Program-made: the position numbers and the translations under genes
Origin: Dickeya solani IPO 2222
GTDB lineage: Bacteria > Pseudomonadota > Gammaproteobacteria > Enterobacterales > Enterobacteriaceae
NCBI RefSeq assembly: GCF_001644705.1
Contig: NZ_CP015137.1
Span: 2,820,001 to 2,852,000, forward strand
Direction of reading: 5' to 3'
Length of the DNA: 32,000 nucleotides
In this document: piece after piece, positions 9,315 through 18,151 of the stretch
Position numbering within the stretch: the stretch's first letter is position 1
Layout: the number at the start of each line of letters is the position of its first letter
The notes under the pieces: generated by a model
Database searches by the model: none
The model's input: only the letters and a program-made list of their open reading frames with translations
Told to the model about the DNA's origin: nothing

Positions 9315-9701
9315 ATGAAAAAAGAGTGGTTTGCGACCAGCGAATTGGTTGGTATTGGCGGACTCCCTAAATCACGGCAAGGATTGAATAAGCGAGCCCG
9401 AGAAGATGGTTGGGAAAAGCGTCGCCGTAAAGGTGTACAAGGACGTGGGGTGGAATATTCTATCCATAGCTTGCCTCAGTCTGTTCAGCAAACACTGCTG
9501 ATGCAGGAAACGTCAGGTGAATATTCGGCAAAGCCGTCAGATATGCTGTCAGTCTGGATCCAGATTTACCATCAGTTATCCGTCCCGGAACGGGAAAAAC
9601 TGATTGCGTATATCATGCGCGAAGGCGTGTCTTCCACGTTGAAACAGCTGGGCCTTGCCAATACGGCAAGCGCGACTTTGATAAAAGATTTTTCTGATTA
9701 A
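9315..9701 (+). CDS. Small DNA-binding protein with a Mu repressor/transposase-type N-terminal winged-helix (YfeC/YfeD, DUF1323-like), paralog 1
   Basis: The 128-aa ORF begins MKKEWFATSELVGIGGLPKSRQGLNKRAREDGWEKRRRKGVQGRGVEYSIHSLPQSV. By eye this aligns with the MuA N-terminus (...LPGLPKTSAGV..AKKQGWQNRTRAGVKGGKAIEYNANSLP). It is divergent from sfsB. SD spacing is atypical (GGGA 10 nt or AAGGA 1 nt upstream). Confidence 0.8.
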   Translation: MKKEWFATSELVGIGGLPKSRQGLNKRAREDGWEKRRRKGVQGRGVEYSIHSLPQSVQQTLLMQETSGEYSAKPSDMLSVWIQIYHQLSVPEREKLIAYIMREGVSSTLKQLGLANTASATLIKDFSD

Positions 9702-9708
9702 GTGACTC

Positions 9709-9760
9709 AGCCATTCCCGATTTTCTATATTGCGGAATGGCTTTCTCCCCTCTTTCTCTT
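9709..9760 (+). terminator. Possible terminator after paralog 1 (hairpin plus pyrimidine-rich tail)
   Basis: AGCCATTCC-16 nt-GGAATGGCT forms a 9-bp stem, followed by TTCTCCCCTCTTTCTCTT. The large loop and C-interrupted T tract make this weak. Confidence 0.35.
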
Positions 9761-9927
9761 CACCTGATTTCTTTCTGTGGAACTTTCCTGCTCGTCATTA
9801 ATGCTACCTTTAACACCATTTCATTAGTGGTTTGAATAAAATTAGTCTATTATATGGAAACGTAATTGCTGTTTTAGTCATCTGGTTGCGTATTCGTATC
9901 AGGAACGAAATGAAAGGGAGAATGATG

Positions 9928-10308
9928 ATGGAAAAGGCATGGTTTACCACCAATGAATTGTTAGGCGTCGCAGGGTTGCCGAGATCTCGCCAGGGGCTCA
10001 ATAAAAGAGCCAAGGAGCATGGTTGGGAGAAACGGCGTCGCAAAGGTATTCAGGGTAAAGGCGTCGAATACGCGATCTGGAGCTTGCCGGAGGAGGTGAA
10101 AACCAGCCTCATGCAGGAAACTCCGCCCAACTACGCCTACGCCGGGAAATCGGCGACGGTTCAGGAGTCCACCTGGATACAGATTTACCACCAGCTTTCC
10201 GTGGAAGAGCGTACCCGATTGATTGGGCATATTCTGCGCGAAGGGGCGATGGGAATGCTGGCCCGTCTGGAAAACGGGCCGCAGGAATACAACAATAAGC
10301 GAGAATGA
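9928..10308 (+). CDS. Small DNA-binding protein with a Mu repressor/transposase-type N-terminal winged-helix (YfeC/YfeD, DUF1323-like), paralog 2
   Basis: The start is chosen at the third ATG of ATGATGATG (GGGAG SD 7 nt upstream), so that MEKAWFTTNELLGVAGLPRSRQGLNKRAKEHGWEKRRRKGIQGKGVEYAIWSLP aligns with paralog 1. Starts at 9922 or 9925 are equally possible. The TTG-initiated extension to 9832 is unsupported. Confidence 0.75.
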   Translation: MEKAWFTTNELLGVAGLPRSRQGLNKRAKEHGWEKRRRKGIQGKGVEYAIWSLPEEVKTSLMQETPPNYAYAGKSATVQESTWIQIYHQLSVEERTRLIGHILREGAMGMLARLENGPQEYNNKRE

Positions 10309-10309
10309 C

Positions 10310-11281
10310 TCAGAAGTCGCGTTGTACTGCGAGATGAGCCAGGCCTTCAAGCGCGGTGCGAAAATCACTGGCAGGCAGGCATTGAATAGCGGTAATGGCC
10401 TTGTCGGCTTCTTCTTCGGCTCTCTGTCGGGTGTAAGCCAGAGAGCCGCAGGATTGCATGGTCGCCAGCACGGGTTCCAGCAGATGGCGACCATTACCTT
10501 CTTCGATCGCCTGACGGATCATGGTGCGCTGTTCTTCGTTACCGTGATGCATCGCATGCAGCAACGGTAAGGTCGGCTTGCCTTCATTCAGGTCGTCGCC
10601 GGTATTTTTCCCCAGCGTTTTGCCGTCGGCGCTGTAATCGAGCAAATCGTCAATCAGCTGAAAGGCGGTGCCGAGGTAACGGCCGTATTCCTGTAAGGCA
10701 AGTTCCAGCTCGCTGCTGGCGCCCGACAAAATGGCGGATGCCTGTGCCGCTGCTTCGAATAGTCGTGCCGTTTTGCTGTAAATCACCCGCATGTAACTGT
10801 CTTCGGTAATGTCCGGATCGTTGCAGTTCATGAGCTGGAGCACTTCACCTTCCGCGATGACGTTAACGGCGTCGGACATCACCGACATCACACGCAGCGA
10901 GGCCAGACTGGTCATCATCTGAAAGGCGCGGGTATAGATGAAGTCTCCCACCAGCACACTGGCAGCATTGCCGAACGCGGCATTTGCCGTGGCTTTTCCC
11001 CGACGCATGTCGGATTCGTCGACCACATCGTCGTGAAGCAGAGTGGCGGTGTGGATAAATTCAATCAGCGCGGCAACGGTAATGTGTTTGTCACCCTGGT
11101 AGTTCAGCGCCCTGGCGGTTAATACCGCAATCATAGGCCGGATACGCTTGCCGCCACCGCTGATGATGTAATTTCCTAACTGATTGATCAGGACAACGTC
11201 GGAGTTGAGCTGATCCAGTATGGTCTGGTTGACGGCGGCCATATCCTGTGCGCTTAACGCTGTGATTTGCTCTAAGTTCAT
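10310..11281 (-). CDS. ispB: Octaprenyl-diphosphate synthase IspB
   Basis: The 323-aa ORF has both polyprenyl synthase Asp-rich motifs (LLHDDVVDESDMRRG and FQLIDDLLD). It is divergent from rplU as in E. coli. Confidence 0.97.
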   Translation of the reverse strand: MNLEQITALSAQDMAAVNQTILDQLNSDVVLINQLGNYIISGGGKRIRPMIAVLTARALNYQGDKHITVAALIEFIHTATLLHDDVVDESDMRRGKATANAAFGNAASVLVGDFIYTRAFQMMTSLASLRVMSVMSDAVNVIAEGEVLQLMNCNDPDITEDSYMRVIYSKTARLFEAAAQASAILSGASSELELALQEYGRYLGTAFQLIDDLLDYSADGKTLGKNTGDDLNEGKPTLPLLHAMHHGNEEQRTMIRQAIEEGNGRHLLEPVLATMQSCGSLAYTRQRAEEEADKAITAIQCLPASDFRTALEGLAHLAVQRDF

Positions 11282-11514
11282 TGTTTCTGCCAGCTGATTG
11301 CTTCTGTTTCTGCCGTGAAAATGCTGATGGTGTCGGCACTGAAAAAGGGAACGTTAGGCCTGATTGTACTTGAAAAACGGCGCAGATAAACGGCAGTTCA
11401 TGGGTTGTATCCTTTTTCTTCACATTGATTGATTCTGCACTTGTCATCAGTGGGTTTTTTGCGTAGAATTCGCGCCCTATTGTGAATATTTATAGCGCGC
11501 TTCGCATCATTTAA

Positions 11515-11853
<339 letters not shown>

Positions 11854-11872
11854 GTTTTAGGAGAGCGGATTA

Positions 11873-12130
11873 ATGGCACACAAAAAAGCTGGCGGTTCTA
11901 CTCGTAACGGCCGCGACTCAGAAAGCAAACGTCTTGGCGTGAAACGCTTCGGCGGTGAATCAGTTTTGGCTGGCAGCATCATCGTTCGTCAGCGTGGCAC
12001 CAAGTTCCATGCTGGCAGCAACGTAGGCTGCGGTAAAGACCACACCCTGTTTGCGCTGTCTGACGGTAAAGTCAAATTCGAAGTTAAAGGCCCGAACAGC
12101 CGTAAATATATCAGCATCGTCGCTGAGTAA
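11873..12130 (+). CDS. rpmA: 50S ribosomal protein L27
   Basis: The 85-aa [32 protein letters not shown]... has a GGAG RBS and lies directly after rplU. Confidence 0.98.
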   Translation: MAHKKAGGSTRNGRDSESKRLGVKRFGGESVLAGSIIVRQRGTKFHAGSNVGCGKDHTLFALSDGKVKFEVKGPNSRKYISIVAE

Positions 12131-12155
12131 TTTTTCGGTATCAGGTTGAATCATA

Positions 12156-12185
12156 AAGCCCTGCAACTTGTTGCAGGGCTTTTTA
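12156..12185 (+). terminator. Intrinsic terminator/attenuator after rpmA
   Basis: AGCCCTGCAA-cttg-TTGCAGGGCT forms a 10-bp perfect stem followed by TTTT. Confidence 0.75.
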
Positions 12186-12233
12186 CATTTACGCCGCACA
12201 ATAAAAAAATCGGTAAAAAGAACAGGTAATGTG

Positions 12234-13178
12234 ATGAAACAGAATGCTGCCATCGGTTTTTGTCTGGCGCTGACCACCGCCATATGCTGGGGAGCGCTGC
12301 CAATCGCGATGAAACAGGTTCTGGTAACGATGGAGCCTTATACCATCGTCTGGTACCGTTTTTTGATCGCATCTGTTGGGCTGGGGATTTTCCTGTACAG
12401 CAAAGGCGCATTGCCGACGTCGAAGGCATTTGATCATCAGCGCTGGTGGATTCTGCTGCTGATCGCCACTGGCGGGTTGCTGGGTAATTTCGTGCTGTTC
12501 AGTTCATCTTTGCAATATCTTAGCCCTACGGCGTCACAGGTGATCGGACAATTGTCGACGGTGGGGTTGATGGTTGCCAGCGTTGTGATTCTCAAGGAAA
12601 AGATGCGCCTGAACCAAATCATCGGCGCCGGGGTACTGATTTGCGGATTATTGATGTTTTTCAACAATAGCCTGATGGAGCTTTTTACCCGACTGACGGA
12701 TTACACCTTCGGGATATTGCTGGGAGTGGCTGCCTCCACGGTATGGGTGGCCTATGGCGTGGCGCAAAAGGTGTTACTACGCCGTCTGACTTCGCAACAG
12801 CTGCTTTTTCTGCTGTATACGCTCTGTGTACTGTTTATTACCCCGCTGGCAAAACCGGGGGTGATTTTCCAATTGACCAACTGGCAACTGGCTTGCCTGC
12901 TGTTTTGCGGCGCGAATACACTGGTGGGATACGGGGCGCTGGCTGAGGCCATGGTGCGCTGGCAGGCCGCGCAGGTGAGTACCATTATTACTCTGACGCC
13001 GTTGTTTACGCTGTTTTTTTCGGATTTATTGTCATTGGCCTGGCCTTCGGTATTTGCTGCGCCGGCACTCAATCTGCTGGGGTATATCGGCGCCTTTGTC
13101 GTGGTAACAGGCGCGATGTTCTCTGCGATTGGACATCGTCTGATCGCATTAAAACGCGACAAACGCCCGATGGTTTGA
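12234..13178 (+). CDS. yhbE: EamA/DMT-family inner-membrane transporter YhbE
   Basis: The roughly 314-aa polytopic hydrophobic protein starts at MKQNAAIGFCLALTTAICWGALPIAMKQVL (AGG 7 nt upstream). It holds the conserved position between rpmA and obgE. The ORF-track start at 12168 overlaps the rpmA terminator. Confidence 0.85.
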   Translation: MKQNAAIGFCLALTTAICWGALPIAMKQVLVTMEPYTIVWYRFLIASVGLGIFLYSKGALPTSKAFDHQRWWILLLIATGGLLGNFVLFSSSLQYLSPTASQVIGQLSTVGLMVASVVILKEKMRLNQIIGAGVLICGLLMFFNNSLMELFTRLTDYTFGILLGVAASTVWVAYGVAQKVLLRRLTSQQLLFLLYTLCVLFITPLAKPGVIFQLTNWQLACLLFCGANTLVGYGALAEAMVRWQAAQVSTIITLTPLFTLFFSDLLSLAWPSVFAAPALNLLGYIGAFVVVTGAMFSAIGHRLIALKRDKRPMV

Positions 13179-13382
13179 TTAGGTAGGCGGATACTTTGAA
13201 CAAGGGGTGGCGAAGCGAATCAGGGCTGATTATTTTTAATACAGGTGAAATCCTTTCGCCAAGCAGGTACAATCAGCGCCCTTTTATCGGAACGGTTCTG
13301 ATGCGTCGGTTTTTCAGTGGCAGGTGACATACTGCGGTTATCTGTCATCAACCCAATTCGTTGAGCCAAAGAGAACCAATAA

Positions 13383-14609
<1,227 letters not shown>

Positions 14610-14671
14610 TCGCCATAAGGCTATCTGAGCGATGGCCGAAAAGAAAAATTTGCTTGTTAGTTGTGTATGTT

Positions 14672-14706
14672 TCCCTTATCTGCCAGGCAGATAAGGGAAT
14701 TTTTTA
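14672..14706 (+). terminator. Intrinsic terminator after obgE
   Basis: TCCCTTATCTGCC-a-GGCAGATAAGGGA forms a long near-perfect stem followed by ATTTTTTAT. Confidence 0.7.
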
Positions 14707-14714
14707 TCCGTCAG

Positions 14715-16148
14715 CTAATTGTTCTGGTATATATCTTTGTAAACGCGGCTTTCAAAGCGAACCAGCGGAATTCGGCGTTCTTTCTGATCTTCCGGCGGAA
14801 CCGCGTAGCCGGAGAGATACTGCACAAAGGCCATTCGCTGGCCGCTGGCGGTGGTGATAAAGCCCGCCAGGTTGTATACCCCTTGCAGCGCACCGGTTTT
14901 GGCTGAGACTTTGCCATCAAGCCCGGCTTCATGCAGGCCGGCACGATAGCGTAATGTCCCGTCATAGCCCGCCAGTGGCAGCATCTTTATGTAATTCAAT
15001 TCATTATCGTGCTGAGCGATATACTGCAGCACCTGCATCATGGTTGCAGGCGCGATCAGGTTATGTCTGGACAACCCCGAGCCATCAACGATGATGGTGT
15101 TGCCCAGGTCGATTCCGGCTTTCTGACGCAGGATCTGACGAACGGCGTCAGCGCCGGCGCGCCAGGTTCCGGGAACCTTGAAACGCTCATGCCCGATGGT
15201 GCGAAATACGGTATCGGCAATCATGTTGTCCGATTTTTTCAGCATGGTGGTCAGCAATTCATGCAACGGCTCCGATTCGGTTTGCGCCAGTACGGTGCCG
15301 GGAGCGCCAGGCAGCGATTGCCGGCGCAGGCTGCCGTCAATGCGGATGTCCGCCTGTTGCAGTTCGTCTTTCACTATCGCGCCGGCGTAACTGGCACCGT
15401 CCTGTATGGCGAACGCCAGCGGCAACGGTTCGGCCCGCTGTGTCAGGCAACCAGTGACGGTAAAGCGGTTGAGTTCGCCAGGCACTACATCCAACTCGCA
15501 ATACTGGGCGTCCGGCGACCCTTTCGGCAGGGTGCGAACTTCGCTGAACATTTGCACCGGATAATAGGACGCGACGCGGATGAATGCGTTATCGCCTGCC
15601 TTGGGAGCGCTATAGAGTGAGATGGAGAAACAGTTTTTGTCGACAATTGCGGCAGCGGGCGGCGCACTGAAACACTGAGTCATATCATTCCAGGGCCAAC
15701 CGGGCGCCTTGTCGTGGCTGGCGAACACGGACGTGTCGATCAGGACGTCACCGCTGATTTCACGAATTCCCCGTTTCTTCAGTTCCTGTACCATGTTGCG
15801 GATCTGCTGTCGTTTCAGCGATGGATCGCCGCTGAAACGTACCGCCAGATTGCCGCGTAAAACCCCGTTGGCGAGTGTACCGCTGCTTTCCATCGTGGTG
15901 ACGAAACGGTAATCCGGCCCCAGTTGCAACAATGCAGCCAGCGCGGTGATGACTTTCTGCGTACTGGCGGGCAGCGCCATCTGCTGGCTGTGGTAATCGA
16001 TAGTCGGGGTAGATGCGCCGACTTTTTGCACCACCAGCGCCAGATTGGCTCCGTCGGGCAAATACTTAGTGTACTCGTCAATGGGGGCAGCGTTGGCTTG
16101 CAGGGCAACTGCGCAGGCAAAACCGGTCAGAATCGATAAAAAACGCAT
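14715..16148 (-). CDS. dacB: D-alanyl-D-alanine carboxypeptidase/endopeptidase PBP4
   Basis: The 477-aa ORF has a signal peptide (MRFLSILTGFACAVALQANA), an active-site STQK motif (PASTQKVITALAAL) and an SDN motif (KKSDNMIAD). Confidence 0.95.
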   Translation of the reverse strand: MRFLSILTGFACAVALQANAAPIDEYTKYLPDGANLALVVQKVGASTPTIDYHSQQMALPASTQKVITALAALLQLGPDYRFVTTMESSGTLANGVLRGNLAVRFSGDPSLKRQQIRNMVQELKKRGIREISGDVLIDTSVFASHDKAPGWPWNDMTQCFSAPPAAAIVDKNCFSISLYSAPKAGDNAFIRVASYYPVQMFSEVRTLPKGSPDAQYCELDVVPGELNRFTVTGCLTQRAEPLPLAFAIQDGASYAGAIVKDELQQADIRIDGSLRRQSLPGAPGTVLAQTESEPLHELLTTMLKKSDNMIADTVFRTIGHERFKVPGTWRAGADAVRQILRQKAGIDLGNTIIVDGSGLSRHNLIAPATMMQVLQYIAQHDNELNYIKMLPLAGYDGTLRYRAGLHEAGLDGKVSAKTGALQGVYNLAGFITTASGQRMAFVQYLSGYAVPPEDQKERRIPLVRFESRVYKDIYQNN

Positions 16149-16224
16149 AATCTCAGTTAAGTACAGGGTAACGTGGTGGTCATACTACGGCGCATCAAGG
16201 GATAAAGTAAACGATGACCCTGGT

Positions 16225-16252
16225 GGAACTCTGGGGTAAAATACGTATCAAA
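16225..16252 (+). promoter_or_regulatory. Candidate sigmaE (RpoE)-type promoter upstream of greA
   Basis: GGAACTC-16 nt-TCAAA matches the sigmaE consensus GGAACTT-N16-TCAAA. It lies about 160 nt upstream of the greA ATG. Confidence 0.5.
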
Positions 16253-16269
16253 ATGCAAAAACGCGTCTG

Positions 16270-16307
16270 GCCTGGAAGGAATGTTCCGGGCGAGGTTATT
16301 TTTGTTT
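16270..16307 (+). terminator. Candidate greA-leader attenuator (GraL-type short leader RNA terminator)
   Basis: GCCTGGAA-ggaatg-TTCCGGGC forms an 8-bp stem with 1 G-U pair, then gagg-TTATTTTTGTTT. It lies about 10-50 nt downstream of the predicted sigmaE start. The U-tract is offset 4 nt from the stem, so the call is uncertain. Confidence 0.35.
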
Positions 16308-16412
16308 AAATTGTCAGGATGCACTGGCATGGAAACATTCCGTCGCAGGTGATTTATCGCGTCAGGATGACGGTAACGTGAGCCGTACGGATTTTTTAGA
16401 GGTAGTGACGAT

Positions 16413-16889
16413 ATGAAACAATTTCCGATGACGTTGCGTGGTGCTGAAAAGTTACGCGAAGAGCTGGACTTCCTGAAGATGGTACGCCGGCCTGAAATTA
16501 TTGCGGCGATTGCCGAGGCGCGTGCGCACGGTGATTTGAAGGAAAACGCAGAGTACCATGCCGCTCGTGAACAGCAGGGATTCTGTGAAGGTCGGATTCA
16601 GGAAATTGAAGCCAAACTATCTAACGCCCAGGTTATCGATGTCACCAAGATGGCGGCGAATGGTCGTGTGATCTTTGGCGCTACGGTAACCGTGATGAAC
16701 GTGGATACCGAAGAAGAGCAGACCTACCGTATCGTGGGTGACGACGAAGCCGACTTCAAGCAGAACCTCATTTCTGTCAACTCGCCGATTGCACGGGGGC
16801 TGATAGGCAAAGAAGGGGATGATGTGGTGGCGATTAATACGCCGGGCGGGGTCGTGGAGTACGAAATCCTAAAGGTGGAATATCTCTGA
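16413..16889 (+). CDS. greA: Transcription elongation factor GreA
   Basis: The 158-aa [60 protein letters not shown]... is colinear with E. coli GreA. Confidence 0.98.
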   Translation: MKQFPMTLRGAEKLREELDFLKMVRRPEIIAAIAEARAHGDLKENAEYHAAREQQGFCEGRIQEIEAKLSNAQVIDVTKMAANGRVIFGATVTVMNVDTEEEQTYRIVGDDEADFKQNLISVNSPIARGLIGKEGDDVVAINTPGGVVEYEILKVEYL

Positions 16890-16933
16890 TTCCTATTGAC
16901 TGGCAAGGTGCCAGCCTCAATTGTAAAGAAAGG

Positions 16934-16958
16934 AAAAAGGCCGATATCGGCCTTTTTT
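16934..16958. terminator. Bidirectional intrinsic terminator between the convergent greA and yhbY genes
   Basis: AAAAA-GGCCGATATCGGCC-TTTTTT is a perfect palindromic stem flanked by an A-run and a T-run. Confidence 0.8.
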
Positions 16959-17014
16959 CTCACCAGCGGGTCATGGAACCTTGCCGGGAAACAGGGTAAC
17001 CTGAATCAAAAATG

Positions 17015-17308
17015 TTAACGAGGCAACACAATCTTGCGTTCTTTTGACGCACGATAGAGTACCAGAGTGTGGCCGATGACCTGGACATTACTGGCGCCGG
17101 TTTCGCGCAGAATGGCATCGACAATCAGGCCCTTGGTTTCACGATCCTCAGCGGCGATTTTCACCTTGATTAGTTCGTGATGTTCCAAAGCCTGCTCGAT
17201 TTCAGCCAGCACACCTTCAGTGAGGCCGTTGTTGCCCAGCATGACGACTGGCTTTAACGGATGAGCCAGGCCTTTCAGGTGCTGTTTTTGTTTGTTACTC
17301 AGATTCAT
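17015..17308 (-). CDS. yhbY: CRM-domain RNA-binding protein YhbY
   Basis: The 97-aa ORF MNLSNKQKQHLKGLAHPLKPVVMLGNNGLTEGVLAEIEQALEHHELIKVKI... is divergent from rlmE as in E. coli. Confidence 0.95.
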   Translation of the reverse strand: MNLSNKQKQHLKGLAHPLKPVVMLGNNGLTEGVLAEIEQALEHHELIKVKIAAEDRETKGLIVDAILRETGASNVQVIGHTLVLYRASKERKIVLPR

Positions 17309-17331
17309 TGTCTTTTTTGCTTAGGTTGGGA

Positions 17332-17359
17332 TTGAAAACGGGCCATTCTACCGCCATCT
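17332..17359 (+). promoter_or_regulatory. Candidate sigma32 heat-shock promoter of the rlmE-ftsH operon
   Basis: TTGAAA-14 nt-CGCCATCT compares well with the sigma32 consensus CTTGAAA-N13-15-CCCCATnT. It lies about 105 nt upstream of the rlmE ATG. Confidence 0.6.
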
Positions 17360-17465
17360 CATGATTATCACCAATCCGGCTATACAGATTGGCTGTCGTT
17401 GAGACGTTTTGCCCGCCGCAGGCACTTACTTAACACTAGTTAGAAAAATCATAGTTGGAAAATCG

Positions 17466-18095
17466 ATGGCTAACAAAAAGCGTTCTGCAAGTTCCAGTCG
17501 CTGGTTGCAGGAACACTTTAGCGATAAATATGTACAGCAGGCGCAGAAAAAAGGGCTTCGCTCGCGCGCTTGGTTTAAACTTGACGAGATACAGCAGACT
17601 GACCGGTTGTTCAAGCCCGGCATGACCGTGGTGGATCTTGGCGCGGCGCCAGGCGGATGGTCCCAGTATGTTGTCAGTCAAATTGGCGGAAAAGGGCGCA
17701 TTATCGCGTGTGATCTTTTACCGATGGATCCTATTGTTGGAGTCGATTTCCTTCAAGGGGATTTCCGTGATGAATTAGTGCTCAAAACCCTGCTGGAGCG
17801 GGTTGGAGACGAGAAGGTTCAGGTGGTGATGTCCGACATGGCCCCGAACATGAGCGGTACTCCGGAGGTGGATATTCCCCGCGCCATGTATCTGGTTGAA
17901 CTTGCACTGGACATGTGTCGGAATATATTAGCGCCGGGTGGTAGTTTCGTAGTGAAAGTATTTCAGGGGGTGGGCTTCGATGAGTATCTGCGTGAGATCC
18001 GCTCCCTGTTTACGACGGTGAAGATTCGTAAGCCAGATGCCTCGCGAGCCCGGTCCCGTGAGGTGTACATTGTAGCGACAGGCCGTAAACTATAG
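17466..18095 (+). CDS. rlmE: 23S rRNA U2552 2'-O-ribose methyltransferase RlmE (FtsJ/RrmJ)
   Basis: Starting at [44 protein letters not shown]... (209 aa), the product is colinear with E. coli RlmE. The ORF-track extension to 17409 is unsupported. Confidence 0.97.
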   Translation: MANKKRSASSSRWLQEHFSDKYVQQAQKKGLRSRAWFKLDEIQQTDRLFKPGMTVVDLGAAPGGWSQYVVSQIGGKGRIIACDLLPMDPIVGVDFLQGDFRDELVLKTLLERVGDEKVQVVMSDMAPNMSGTPEVDIPRAMYLVELALDMCRNILAPGGSFVVKVFQGVGFDEYLREIRSLFTTVKIRKPDASRARSREVYIVATGRKL

Positions 18096-18151
18096 TACCC
18101 TGACGCTATTTTTTAACACAGTTGTAATATGAGGTTAATCCCTTGAGTGAC

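Noticed and set aside
9304-9318. Four-codon mini-ORF (ATG AAA AGG ACA TGA) whose stop overlaps the ATG of paralog 1 (ATGA), suggesting translational coupling.
   Set aside because: It has no convincing SD of its own, and such short overlaps arise by chance in purine-rich RBS regions. It is noted only because the SD spacing of paralog 1 is atypical.
9832-9927. TTG-initiated 32-codon N-terminal extension of paralog 2 (MNKISLLYGNVIAVLVIWLRIRIRNEMKGR...).
   Set aside because: Alignment with paralog 1 and the GGGAG SD point to the ATGATGATG cluster at 9922-9930 as the start. The extension has no counterpart in paralog 1.
9961-10494. 177-aa minus-strand ORF bridging paralog 2 and the ispB 3' end.
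   Set aside because: It overlaps two better-supported genes on both strands and has no motifs. It is a shadow ORF.
11440-11500. Possible rplU promoter (TTGCGT ... TGTGAATAT) in the ispB-rplU divergent region.
   Set aside because: The spacing and -10 match are poor (about 3/6), so I could not settle on a defensible hexamer pair.
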